A stretch of DNA of 64,000 nucleotides, taken from contig MU054391.1 in NCBI GenBank assembly GCA_013239625.1, forward strand, positions 3,625,130-3,689,129, written 5' to 3'. This document shows, piece by piece, positions 36,301-49,552 of the stretch. Position 1 is the first letter of the stretch. Each line of letters begins with the position of its first letter. The notes beneath the pieces are model-generated. The model ran no database searches. It was given only the letters and a program-made list of their open reading frames with translations, and was not told where the DNA came from. Made by a program: the position numbers and the translations under genes. Source of the stretch: Lama guanicoe (taxonomy: Eukaryota).

Positions 36301-37789
36301 CTCTGCTCTTTCTTTAAACCTCCTATCTTGTTCTTTCCCTCAGTGACTTTGCCCTGACCCTCCACACTTATTCAGATTTCTTCAATCCCTGTGTGTTTTT
36401 AAAAAAAGAGAGAAGTTCAACCACCTTCCATTCTGCCTTGGTCACCTTCTCCTTCTTCCTGCTGATTCTAGAAGGACAGTCCGAAGAGAGAAACTCACGA
36501 CACTGAGTCACGAAACGGCAACCAAAATGCACCATGAGCCGCGCTGCGGGGGCTGCCAAGGCGGCCAGCATCGTGGGAGCCTCGGAGATGGAAATGGAAG
36601 ACAAAGCTGAAGGTCCTTGAAAACACATGGTGAAGAAGCCACGCCTCTTCCTTCTGATGAGTATGAGCCAGGCTGAAAGAAGAAAGGAAGATCTTAGAGT
36701 GAAAAAGAACGTAACACTGAATCTTCAAGAATCAATTAATTTAGAACAAAATGTGGGACGTCTGGTTAGGCAGCGGATTGCCCAGGATCCACAGGGAAGG
36801 GAAAAAGTTACCAAAGAACAGCACCGATAGGTACCAGGATACAGGCTGGAAGTGCGCGGATCAGCCAGGACCCGCTCATTCTCATGCAGATACCCGAGAA
36901 CTGCATAATGTGCTCCCCAAGCCACCTCTCGTTTGCCCCCGGATGAAGGAAACATCATCGTCATTTATCATTTTATTTGAAACATTCCATCGAGTGGTAT
37001 AGTGAATGGGGATTTCTGAGCCAACAAGATGTCCTATATTTCTCATCAATGCCTTCACTTACTGCAGACTAATTAATTCCAAATCTGCTTTGTCTGGTCC
37101 CTTGTGTTCTCAGTTAATGAGATTTTCATGCGGTCTACGTGGGTGACGGCCTCACGGCCCTTCATTTCCTCCAATGCTTGGAGCCAAAGGGCTTCCGACT
37201 GAAAATATAAACTAGAAAATATTCTTCATTTTTGATACAATGTTTGCTCTACACATCCGAATTTCAAAGCTGAGGACGGGGCGTGGAGTCGCGGGGTATG
37301 TGTGTGTGGTTGCCTGGTCTAGAGTGTCTGTACTCAGCCCCCTCGGTCTGCACTGTGGGGCGTGTGTGCGGCCCGCCCTTGCCGGCTCCCCCCGCGCCCG
37401 CGACGGGCCTCTGCCCGCCCGTGCTGAGCATCACTGCCCTGCCGCCTAGTGCTCAGCGGGAAGTGCTCATCCACGGGCACCAGCCCTCATTCACGTCCTT
37501 CTTCCGGGGTGAGGACGTGCTCCTGTGCGCAGTGTCCAGAGGCTCCCCGAATCCGGCTCCCGTCTGCTCTCTTGGCCTCCTCACAGGCTGCACCCTTCCC
37601 CCATGTGGGCGCTGCGTCACCTGAGGCCTCTGCTCCTTCAGACTCAGTAGTCCCCGCCCAGGAGTCTTCCCGTCCCCTCCTGGACAGAGTCCTGGCTCCG
37701 CGGTCTGAGTCTCAAGGCAGCACAAACCCCGCTCTTCCATCTGCTTCTAAGGAAGCATTGGCCTTTCTGCCTCCCCGCTTGCCAGCTCC

Positions 37790-37900
37790 TGGGGTCAGGG
37801 CTGTGTCTTTTATGTTTTTACTCACTTATTTCTAGGTCCTGTCACAGTGAGCGCTTAAAAATAACTCCCAAAGGGAATGAATGAATGAATGAATGAATGA
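37790..37900 (+). mobile_element. LINE-2 3' end with (GAAT)n tail
   Basis: gggtcagggctgtgtct...gaatgaatgaatgaatgaatgaa. Confidence 0.65.
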
Positions 37901-38271
37901 ACGGGTCTCTGTACCCACGTCTGGACCCACTCAGGCACTTGTTAGGAAAAGTGAGTGTGGGTTTTCCTTCTTCATGGCTCCAGGCCCAGAGAGTCATCCT
38001 GTCACTCTGTCTTTTACAGGCCGCCTTTCACGCGTATTCAAGGGAATCTGCCCCAAGTCTACGAGTCTAGGGCAGATGATTGGGGAAGATGCTCTCCAAG
38101 CTCTCACCCCTGGCTGGTGTTTCTGGCCAAGGAGCCTCTCCAAGACTCTACGGAGGCCTCACCGGGGAGCAGGAGGAAGAGGCGTGCTGGCTCAGCCACG
38201 ACTGATCCCGTTCAGTGTCCGAGACCCACACAGACACCCCTCCACTCGCCCGGATCAGGACGTGGGCTCGG

Positions 38272-38490
38272 CATAAAGGCAGAAAGTAGAATCAGGATTT
38301 CCAGGAGCCGAGGGGAGAAAGGAATCAATGTCACTGTTTAATGGGGACACAGTCTGAGTTTTGCAAGTTGAAAAGAGTTCTGGAGATGGGTTGCATACCA
38401 CTGTGAACATACTGGACACTCCACACTTTATAAATGATCAGGATGGTAAACTGTTGTGTATATTTCACTGCAATTTAATTTTTTTAAATT
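38272..38490 (+). mobile_element. Old L1 (L1MA/L1MB-like) 3' end
   Basis: cagaaagtagaat...tgtttaatgggg...ttttgcaagttgaaaagagttctggagatgg. Confidence 0.75.
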
Positions 38491-39685
38491 TTATAAAGGG
38501 CGGGAGGGACATTCAAAGAAAAAAAATTAAACTTTGGATCCTAAGAATATGATAGGTGAAATTGAATTTTTATCAGAAACACTTAACGTTATTTGTGTCC
38601 ATAGTTGGCCCATGGTGAGCAGAGCCTGGTGTCTCTCTTGAACCCACAATGGTAGCCAGTCCAATTTCTTAGGCTAGGTTGGTCACACTGCCCAGAGGAA
38701 AGAGGATTTGGAAAGTTAGAAACGCAGAATATGCAACACAGAAAACACAAACTGTCACTGAGGGCATTGCAGTGGGCTTGGAAACAGGGTCTTGCATCTT
38801 CAGGACGGTTCCGAGAGGGGCCAGCCGAGAACTGTGTCCGCTTCCAAGACCTCTTTTCGTTTATCCATCGTGTGCTCTGACTTACCAGACCAGGCCTCTG
38901 CATTTTAGGGTAGGAACCATGGTGGTCTGAAGAAGGACAGAAGAGAATCATAGAACTTACCCAGGACTGAATGGACTCAGAACCATTAGGTCCAGGAAGC
39001 CGGCCTTCCAGGACAGGAGATGCCAGTGCAGACCGGAAGTGGAGCGGTGCGCCCGGAACCAGGCAGGGAATGAGCGGCGGCGTGGCCCTCGCGTTCTGGG
39101 GTTGCCCTCGCGAACGTCTGACTTCTGCTTGATTGGGAAGGGCTTCCTGGAAAGGCTGGAAATTCGGTGGAAAAGGAAGTGAGAGGAGATAAGAAGTTGA
39201 AGAAAACTACCTTTTCAGACTTAAGTGGCTCTTTTAACTTTTTCTCCAAATTTGTGTATTGGTCTCCTTTGACCTTTTCAACAAGCATGACAAGCGGACA
39301 CAGCACAGCATGTGCGGGGTGGGGGGGGGGGGTTCCCCCTCCCCAGAGGGGACAGAACACAGCACGGTCCTGATCACAGCGACACCACAGGCAAGTAACG
39401 CCCTTGGAGCTGGTGTGCACCTGTGCACAGCTAGAGCTGCTACCTGCAGGGCACGTTCTGGAAATATTAGAGAGGCAAGCACTCTTCTAACAATCCTCAA
39501 AACAGGTTTGGAAGGTAGGTATCACTATTAGCCCTCGGAACCTAAAGTTAATCGAAATCCCCTTTTAACAGATGTGCAAAATGACATTTAGACTGGTTAA
39601 GTCATTTGCTAATTTCCCACCAGCTCGCAAAAGCCAGAAATGAGATCCCTTGTGGATCTTTATGAATTCGTCTGTTCTTCCGCTA

Positions 39686-39718
39686 TTTCTCTCCCTCTCT
39701 TTCTTTCTCTCTTTCTCC

Positions 39719-39785
<67 letters not shown>

Positions 39786-39868
39786 TTTCTTCCTTCCTTC
39801 CTTCCTTCCTTCCTTCCTTCCTTTCTCTCTCTTTCCCTCTCTCTCTCTCTCTCCCTCTCTCTCTCCCC
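39686..39868. repeat. Compound polypyrimidine microsatellite (TTTC)n(TTCC)n(TC)n
   Basis: Directly visible pure-pyrimidine tract of ~180 bp. Confidence 0.97.
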
Positions 39869-42021
39869 TAACTGCTTCTCTTACAAAGTCCAGCTCTTCC
39901 AAGCTTGTGGGTTCCAGCCTGGCCCCCAGGCAAAGAGAATTCACACTGACATCAACTGTTCTTCTGCAATTTTACTGTGTCTGTTGTGGAAACCGTAAGG
40001 TCCCTGGGGTACTGAAAGTCACAGCTCAGTAGAACATAGATGAGAGACAGGGGCAGGGAGACTGAGATACACAGAGAGACAAGTTCATTGATCGTTTGGT
40101 TCTTTAACAGAAAGCAAGCTAAGAGTGCCTCCTCATCTGAAGGCTTCTTGTCACCTCCATTCCTGGAAATGTCTTGTGTGCCTTCTCCTCGAGGCTCCTG
40201 GCCTGCCCTTCTGAGAATCAGGTGTCTCCCTGGCCCAAGAAAGCTGCCCCTGGCTGCAGCCGGCACTGCCCAGAGCCGGCCAGCTGGGGCAGCTGGGCCT
40301 CCGTGTGTCCCCAGCCCTGCCAGGCCCGGCAGCTCTTCGTGGTGACACAGATGCCCCGAGCCACCCTCTGCTACACTGACTCCCTTCACGGGGGGACGGT
40401 CTGGCAGCCGGCGCACATGTGTTTATGTGCTCCTCTTGGGGCGGAGACCAACCGGGGTAACTCCCACCAGCTTCCCGTTGGTGCCACCGTCCTGGCACCT
40501 CCGTCTCACCTTGGCCGGTGGGATTTGCTGGGAAACCACACGTGCAGCCTGCGCTGTGCTTGTCCTGCTAACCTTCATCGGAGCACGCGCCCTGGGGGCT
40601 GCTGGAGATGGAATACGAGGAGTAAGACCTCAGAATGTCATCACTGGAGCCCTCCTGGGGGAGCCTCCCTTCCGATGGTCGGCATGTCGTTCACCATGGA
40701 AACGTAAGATGTGAAAATGGGCAAAGCAGGGGGCTGTGAGGTTGAGCTGGCGCAGGGGACTCAGACCCCTCCTGGCTCCCTCCGGTTTCTTACTCACAAT
40801 GACCCCAAGTAGCCGCAGAGCACAGGCTGAAACGACAGATCCAAGCAAGTCTCTCCGTGTTGCTTCTGAGAAAATGGGTCTCTGAGGAAGGAAGACGAAC
40901 CCTGGAGACACACGCTGACTTTGGTCCAGCCCCGTCTCTCCACCAGTCTCCTGATCCCCAGTCCCTGTTCTTCCAGCCATACTCCCTCGTCCAAAAAGAG
41001 ATCTCGTAGAAGGCGGCTACCCACTAGGTCACCTACTGCCCACCCAGCATATCCTGCAAGTCATCTTCTTCTTCTTAATCCCGCTTGCCTCTCGCCGAGC
41101 TGCTTTCAGCGTGTGTCAATGTGCATTCAGGTGGAGAGCACGGTCCATTTGCTAAGGCACATTTCGGTAAGTGACAAATTCCAGAATGGCAGTGCATTAG
41201 TGACAACCAATTAGGGGGAAATTATCACTGCAAAGTGCTTGTAGCCGCTGCGCTGGGACAGAAGCCAACACACAGCACTTACTAAGTCTTACCTCATCGG
41301 GCTCAGTAGCCGGTAAAAAGGTTTAAATCCAATTCAATAAAATATTTGATGTGAAGACTGAACCGTGAGAACTGTAAATTCCAGCTAGTGGACAGGAAAG
41401 AGGTGACTCCGTATTTCCACACATCGTTCACCTCCTCTCGCCGCTGAGAGCAGCAGTAGTGGATGTGGGGAACCTTGGTGTTTTGAAGATACACCAACTT
41501 GTGTTCGAGCCCCAGCGTTGCCACTCTGACGATGTGTGATCTTGAGGTCATCCATGCTCTTATCAATAAAGTGGAGACAGTATAACAGGCCTTACAAGGT
41601 TGTTGGATCTAAAATGGTTAAAATTTGCAGAGTCTACCCAGCACATAATTGGTAGCTGTCATTACTAGATTAATGGTCCCTACATGCTAGCGGTACGGCA
41701 ACATATTCATTAAAGCAAGTACGTATCATGGCAGCTAACAGGTAGAGTACTTAGTGCCATATATGCCATACATTTTGTTCCATCTTAGATAGACTTCAAA
41801 GAAGAGCAGAATGTAACCCTTGCCATCAAAATAAGTCCAAAGTCAGCTGAAGAAACACATTAATACCTATTCTAACACTAAAATAATTTCAAATGGATTA
41901 AAGAATAAGGGCAAAAAGTAAAATCACAACCTAGAAGAAAATTAGGATCTAAATTTTTTTTAAATTTATCTTGGAACTGAGACAAACTTTCAAAGCAAAA
42001 CAAGAAAATTGGAAGCGCTCA

Positions 42022-42665
42022 GATATTTATAGCGGCTTTAGTCATCACAAAAACTTGGAAGCAACCCAGATGTCCTTCAGTAGGTGAACGGATAAATACA
42101 CCGTGGTGTATCCAGACAGTGAGTTATTATTCAGCACTAAAAAGAAATGAGCTAGCAAGCCATGAAAAGACATGGAGGAAACGGAAGTGCATGTTACCAA
42201 GTGAAAGGAGCCAGTGTGGAAACACTGCACACTGTGAGTCCAGCTACATGGCGTTCTGCAAAAGGCAAATGTGTGGAGACAGTAAAAAGATCAGTGTTTG
42301 CCAGGGGTTAGGGTGGAAGGTGTGGAGAGGAGTAGGCAGAGTACAGAGGATTTTTATGGCAAGGGAACTATACCGTCCAGTCCTACGCTGGTGTGTGTAC
42401 ATCGTATTGTACATCTGTCCAAACCGATGGCATGTGCAGCACCAAGAGCGAGCCTGATGCAAACCGTGGACTTGGAGTGATTATGATGTGCTGATGGAGG
42501 TACATCACTGTAACAAATGGACCACCTGGTGAAGGATGCTGATAAAGGGGGCGCTGGAGTTGGGGCAGGAGGGTCATATGGGAAACCTCTGTACCTTCCT
42601 CTCAATTTTGCTGGGAACCAAAAACTTCTCTAAATATATAACGTCTTAAAAAAAAAAAAGAAAAG
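42022..42665 (+). mobile_element. L1MC-like 3' end inside an older L1ME-like remnant (~41850-43490)
   Basis: ttggaagcaacccagatgtccttcagtaggtgaacggataaa...gagctagcaagccatgaaaagacatggagg...ctctgtaccttcctctcaattttgctg, then poly-A. Confidence 0.85.
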
Positions 42666-45600
42666 AAAAGACAAAAGAAAGAAGACATTAAGGAACAGAT
42701 TTCAATACATAAAAAATTGAACACATTTTCAGGAAAAAAGTAGCATAAAACAAAACTGGGGAAATACTTACAATGCATATGACATAAGACTGATGCCTAA
42801 AAACATAAAGAAAGTTTACGAGTCAATCCTAAAAGGACAAAGACCCAACAGAACACCCACCGATGCACGTAAACAGACAGACAAAGAAACACAAGAGGCT
42901 TAGAAATACGAACTGATCCTCAGACTCACTCACATTTAAAAAATACAAATTAAAACGATGCGATGGGGTTGTTTACCCACCCAACATGCAACAATTTAAA
43001 AGGGAATATGAAACAGTTTTGTTATGACTAAATCAACGCAACTTTTTTGGATGCTAAATTAATCAATTTTAATACATTAAAAACGAATAAAATGAATGTA
43101 TTCCTCACCTCAGGGGTTACTTTGTCATGTATTTATTCTACAAATATACTCAAAGAGATGCACGAACATAGGTAGGTTGTACACACATACTCACACATGT
43201 ATACACGTGTGCAAACACACATGTATTCATAAGCACATATACACACGTGCAGACACACTGGCATTTATGTGCAGCATCTGCTGTTACAGCTCATAACCAG
43301 AAGCAACTGTCCACCAGTCAAGACTCTGTTAAATAAATTACGATCTGTGTATATAATAAAACACTATACAGACATGAAAGCAGGAAGTAGATATCTCTGG
43401 TCTCGTGTGAAAAAATTACAAGATCTAATTTTAAGCAGAAAAACAAGGTGTAAAAAAATGCATTGTAAGCTTCCCTGTGTTTTAGCAAAACCAAACCAAA
43501 CCCAGAAGATATGCGCACGGACAGTTCTTTTACGCATGGACGAAGAAAAGGGACTTGATGAGAGCTCTCAACAGGCGAGGCCGTTTTCCGGGAGGTTGGT
43601 CCCGTACTGACAGGAGGACTGCAGCTCCGTGGGTCAGGGTCACCGACAGGAAACACCAGACAGAGAGTGGGAGACAGACACAGGGTCACGTCAGGGGAGG
43701 AAGGTCGGGGACAGCAAGGACTGAGAGCCACGACCGCAGGGGAGAGGCAGCCAGGCCCCCGAGGACAGAGGGGCCACCGACCGTGGACCTGAGTCCCCTG
43801 AGATGGACTTAGAGAGAGATGAGGAAGTGGTTTAGCTCGAGTCCGAGCTGGGGGGGGGAGGAGTCTGAGAGCACGTAGGAAACACAATGGCTCAGGGACA
43901 AGAGGTCCCCCAGAGGAGCTTCCACGGGCCCCTCCAGAGGTGGTGAGCCAGGCGCTGGAGGGGAGCCCCAGCCCAGCGGCCTCAGGGTGGGTTCTGGGCT
44001 CACGCACAGGGGCCCCCACCTCTGTATGGGGGGGGCTGTGGGAAGTTCCAGCCTCCAGGGAGGGGGTGGGAAACGGGGGAGCAGGTGAGAAGAGGTGCTT
44101 GTGGCCCCTTCTTAACCTAACTTCACCTAATGACAGTTTGGGGTCATCCAAGCAGAGGTGACTGGAACCTTCAGGGGAGCAGGTGAACTCTTGAGAAGAG
44201 AGGGGGGCTCAGGACCAGCCACCCCGCCTACGTGAGCACCTACAGTTTTCCAGGAGTTTAAAACCATGAATCACTGGGGTATCAGTGCACACAGAGGTGC
44301 ATTCTCCACCCTGGGTGTAAGCCAGCGTCCAGGCCAGCTCGCAAGTGGTTGCGTCTGTTGGGGGCTCTGCCCCAAGTAGGGGCAGGATTATAAATGCCTG
44401 CGTGCAGTTTGATTTAATGGATTAGAGCAGGAGTGTTCCAGACAGGCTGAAATCTCACCGCCTAAAATCACACTCATCAGATGCGTGAGCGAGGAGGGAA
44501 CTTATACACCTCGCCCTGGGAGGCAGGGGCGTGGGGAACTTAAAAGCCCGCCTGCTTGGACTTGCAGTGGCTCTGCCAGCTCCGGCCTGGGCCTGAGCAG
44601 GCTGCTTCACCTTCCTGTGTCTTCGTTTCCTGATCAGTACAATGGGGACAGTCTTACCTACCTTGGAGGGCGGTCTGGAGCATTAAACGAGCTGATGTTT
44701 GTACAGCGCTCAGAACCAGCACCAGCAGGAGATGGCAGCCGTAGGAATATCGCTTAAATCAACGAAACGTAACGTCTCTCCTTTCCAGATGAGACCGCGG
44801 CAGGCTAGAGACGGAACTGATTTCCCCAAGTTTCCGCAGCTGGTTAATGACTCTCCCCGGCCTGGACGCCAGTCTCCGAGCTCTCCCTCCATCACCACCG
44901 TGTCCTCAGGAGGCACCGGGACCCCACAGAGGGTCTGCAGATCCGGACACAGCCCCCAGCTGTCCCACCCAACACCAGCGCAGCCGGACCTGGTGCCGAC
45001 GTCCCTGTCTGGAGGGGTCTGACCAGACCACACAGAGGAGGCTGCCTGGGTCGCTGGGATTCCAGCTCTTTCTATCATATCAAACACTGTTTAACATTCC
45101 ATTTCCTCAAGGAGGGAAGGAAGGAAGGAAAGAAAGGAGAAAGAGAGAGAAAGACGCGCTGTCTCTCATACTCAGCTTCTCCACAGTCTTGTCGTGACAA
45201 TAAAATAACGGATTGTCCGCAGTGGTAAAGGGAGCTACACAAATGCCAAGCAGAGGAAAAGCTGGTTCCGCAGCGCTGACGCGCAGTGAGCACTTACGAA
45301 CCCTGTTAATTAGGGAGGCTCGTGTGACTTGGCGACATCTGACCACACTCAAGATAATTCATACACATGGACCCAGAGAACCTGAGACCTTCTGGGAAGT
45401 ACGATCAAAATGTGTGGTCTCTGCCAGGAAGGTTTTAGTCTGTGGAGAAGGATGGCCATTTCCTGATGAGCGTTCCTCAAATGCTCGTAACCGACGTGCC
45501 CCCCGTGGGCCCCGACCTCAGCGAATGCTCCTCACGTTTACAGGACAGAACTGGTCCTTCCAGAGAGACTTTTCTGAGACTGAATAATTGCTGCCTGAAT

Positions 45601-45825
45601 CGTTTCTGATGCCCGCTACTCCAGGGCTCCTTCTCAGCCTGCTGTGGGTGTGGCCACCTCCACGTGCCTGTCGGTCAGCACCAAAGCCCGGGATTTGCTG
45701 AACTTGCCAGGCCTCAGCCTCCTCGGTAGGCAACAGGACCCTTGGAGTGGTAGACTGATCTGCACCCTGGCTGATGCAGCCCCAGTGCCCTCCTTCCTGT
45801 TCCTTGTGCTCAGCAAGAATCTCCC

Positions 45826-46050
45826 AAATTGGGAGTTTGAGATTTGCAAATATTAGCTACTATATATAAAATGAATAAAAACCAAATTTCTTCTGCAGAG
45901 CACAGGGAACTATATTCAATACCTTATAGTAACCCATAATGAGAAATAATCTGAAAACGAATATATGTAGGTACATGTATGACAGAAACATTATGCTGCA
46001 CACTGGAAATTGACACATTGTAACTGACTATATGTCAAAAAAAAAAAAAA
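45826..46050 (+). mobile_element. LINE-1 3' end inserted in an L2 remnant
   Basis: aaattgggagtttgagatttgc...gacacattgtaactgactat, then poly-A; imperfect TSD aagaatctccc (45815-45825) / aagaaccctccc (46051-46062); flank has L2 cctcagggcctttgcac. Confidence 0.85.
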
Positions 46051-47699
46051 AAGAACCCTCCCATCACCTCAGGGCCTTTGCACCTGCAGTTGTGTCTGCC
46101 TAGAACCCCGTCTCTCCTGATACCCACGTGGCTGGCTTTCTCACTTCCTTCAGGTGCTCAAATATCTCTTTAGCAGAGCAGCTCTGCTCCACTCAACTTA
46201 AAATCTCAACCCTTTCCCCAACATGGTTCTCCCAATCTTTTCATTCTGTCTGTGGGACTAACACCACCGTGGCACTAACATTTTGTGTGTTTATCTGTTT
46301 ACTATCTGTCTCTCTCCTCCAGCTGGAAGGGATTGTGTCTGCGTTTCTCTAAGAGCTGTGTACTCACAATCGCTATTAGAGTCGCTGACGCTTAGAAGAC
46401 AATTGTAAAGGCACAAATAAGACTAACTCTGGACCAGAAGCTTTCCGCCTAGACAGGCAGGTAAGTGGAAAGAACGGAGACCTACAGGCGGAAGGTGGAG
46501 CTCTGGTCTCTACTCCTGATTAACTGGGGCAGTCGGTGACGTCATACGACGTCCCCTCTCCCATCTGTGAAGTGATACAAAGTCTCACCCAGTCCTCAGA
46601 GGGTGGCCGGAGATGACTTGCAAAGGGACCATTTGTAAACAGTAAAGAGGAAGCTACACAAACCTGGGTATATTTGGGTTTCAGTTTTCACTTTTAGTCT
46701 TAATTTGTTTACATCCTTAGATTGAACTGTCACTGGGACTGGCTTGCTGTCCCCTGGGCATCCAAGCAGAGTGGCTGGGGGTCCTCAGCAGCTCCAGGGG
46801 CAGACGAACACAGCATGATTCCAGCTCCGCCGCTAGCTTGTCCTGTGACCTCCGCCTGGTTGTGTACCTTCAAACCAGGCATCAGACTGTAAGAGCAGTT
46901 GACTCATAGGCTGAACGTGAGCAATGTGTGCAACACGGCATGTGAGACTCTCAGCAGATGCTTGGGCCTAATGTTATTATTGACTATTGGCTTCTATTTC
47001 TAAGGGAGGTAATTCTCTCTTGCAAACGTGTTTGAGTTTTAAATACAAATGGAAGGAGGCCTTGAAAGTTTTTCATTGATAAAATACGATCTCTTCTGTT
47101 GGGTGACAGGGTAAATGCTTAAGCTCATGTGACTTAGGTAACAAAAGTTACCTTAACTCTTAATTTTTGTCTATGAATGAAATTAAATAATAAGCTGCCA
47201 TTGTTCTCGACTTTAAAATGTATTTATTTACTTATTTATGTATTTATTTACTTATTTGCCATCACCACACTTAAACTCGTGGGCAAATCAGCTCTGTGTT
47301 TCGGCGATCTCTCCCATGGAAAATAGCATTTATGTCTATAACCTTCCGGAGCTGGGAAGCCTCAGTTTGCCCACACTCAAAATGCCTCAGCAGTGAACAC
47401 TAACAGATGTATTTCCCTTTGAGCCCAGAGACCTCTGAACGTCAAGATGTGCTCAGCAAGGCAGATGGAGGAAGAAGGGAGCCAACCTTACCTCCGTGCC
47501 TTTTCTGGGCCAGAACTGGGGCTCCTCTTTCATACAGGATCTAATTTCATTCTCACACCAGATCTTTGAGAGAAATGATGGCATCCTGGATGGAGAAGTG
47601 AGAACATAGAGTCACATTGAAGTTGAGTACCTTGTCCACAGAGCTAGAAAAGCCAAACCCCGAAGCCCAGTCCGGGGCCGACAGGCAGGAGATCCGTTC

Positions 47700-48290
47700 G
47701 TCCGTCTGACATATATTAATTTTGTGTCTATTATAGGCCAGGCACTGTTCTAGAGGCTGGGATTAAAGCCACGGCAAAAACAGAGCCCCTGCCTTCATGG
47801 GGAGTACATTCCGGTGCAGAAGCGCAGGTACACGTGCACACGCTGCAGAGATGCAGCTGGAGATGTGGACATGGATGCGGATTCAGATGTGGTCGTGGAT
47901 ATGAAGGCACAGTCACGAGCATGGAGGTGCAGTCATGGACATGAATGTATAATTACGGGCAGAGATACACAGTTACTGACGTGGCTGTAAATATACTGGA
48001 TATAGACGAAGACACAGTCATGAGTTAGCGCAAAACGGAAGAGAATGAAGAAGGGTATTTTAGACCAAGTAATGCGGAAGACCTTTCTTGGGACAAACGC
48101 TAACCAGAGCCTTGAAGGAAAACCCCTGAGTGTGAGGAACAGGAGGTGACTTTTCAGGATCACGCTGGGTGCTGTGCAAAGAGCAGACTCTAGGGGGCAG
48201 TAGAGTGTCGGCGGAAACACCAGTGATGAGATTATTTCAAGCGTTGGTGGGAGGAAGCTAGGGGTTCCACTGTGTGGGAGGGGCAGCCAG
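47700..48290 (-). mobile_element. LINE-2 remnant interrupted by a degenerate hexamer repeat
   Basis: gccaggcactgttctagaggctggg...cccctgccttcatgggg, and later ttttcaggatcacgctgggtgctgtg. Confidence 0.6.
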
Positions 48291-48761
48291 AGGAGTGCTC
48301 CCTTCTTAGTCACATTATGTCACACTAGAGTCCCCTAAGGAATTTAAAGCTGTTTTTTTTTCTTTTACAAAAGACTAATTTACGTAAAGATTTTGTAGGA
48401 ATCAACACATAAGATATCACACTATATAGCCCCTCCATAATCACCCCAAGTTATTGAAACATTAACAAAATGATATAAAAACAACACACCCTGTGTTATG
48501 ATCCTGCTAAAAATTATAAGGGAGTTCGGGCTATAAGTGAATTCCATTCATTACAGGATTATGAAGCTATGGCCACTGTAAGTGGAGGATCCTTGGGTCC
48601 TCTCCCAGCCTGACGGTCTTGTTTTGCAAACAGAGAGGGTAACTGACTCACTCAGTTGGGAATGACACATCTGCTTACAGCCAAGAGAGCTTTCATTCCT
48701 TATTTTGTATTTATGCACATACAAGAGAAGATACATTTTTTCCATTAGAAGAATAGCCACA

Positions 48762-49128
48762 ATCAGATTTGCGCTTATCAGAGACAGGGGCTGAAGGGAG
48801 GGGAACTGGATAAAGGTAGCATAAAGTACAGACTTCCAGGTATAAGATAAATAAGTACTAGGGATGTAATGCACAACATGATAAACAGAACCGACACCAT
48901 TGTATGTTAGAGATGGAAGTTGTTAAGAGAGTCAATCCTAAGAGTTCTCATCACAAGAAAAATTGTTTTTCTATTTCTTTAACTTTGTCTCTATATGAGA
49001 TGATGGATGTTCACTAAACTTACTGTGGAAGTCGTTTCATGATGGATTAAGTCACATCGTTATGCTGCACACACCTTGCATTTATACATGCTATGTATCA
49101 AGTACATCTCAATAAAACTGGAGGAAAA
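48762..49128 (+). mobile_element. LINE-1 3' end (older laurasiatherian type)
   Basis: tataagataaataagtactagggatgtaatg...aatcctaagagttctcatcacaag...atctcaataaaactggaggaaaa. Confidence 0.85.
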
Positions 49129-49218
49129 TGATAGAATGACCACAGTTCTTGTAAATATATCTCCACGTTGCCTGTGTGTCAATTACATCTCAATAAAACT
49201 GGAAGGAAAAAACAGAAA

Positions 49219-49552
49219 TGTAACAGAAGAATGAGCCTGGCGGGAAGCGACAGAAGACACGCACACAGAGGATCAGAACAGACTGGTTTTATTCACACTG
49301 GCGCTGGCCCAGCGGAGTCGCCTCCCAAGGCTGAGCTCCGAGCTTGGGATCTGAGTGTCTCTTAAACTTGGAACACTTCCAGGTATTTGGGACTTTCCAG
49401 CTTAGGTGCAGCAAGTCTCCACTCGACTGTTGCAGGAAGCAGCGGTTTACACAAACAGAAGCAAGCTATGTTACAGGGGCGGCGGGGAAGGGTACCTTGT
49501 CTGATTCTTCCCTCCTCAGAATGACGACAGTTCCTATAAATATATCCCCACA
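49219..49552 (-). mobile_element. Possible solo ERV LTR
   Basis: TG...CA termini (tgtaac / ccccaca); reversed poly(A) signal near 49288; no TSD found. Confidence 0.35.

Noticed and set aside
39640..40032. FLSF-repeat and ERKK-repeat ORFs
   Set aside because: Translations of the microsatellite
43318..44151. 277-aa minus-strand ORF
   Set aside because: Low-complexity Pro/Ser/Leu-rich, runs into an antisense L1 remnant, no domain or splice support
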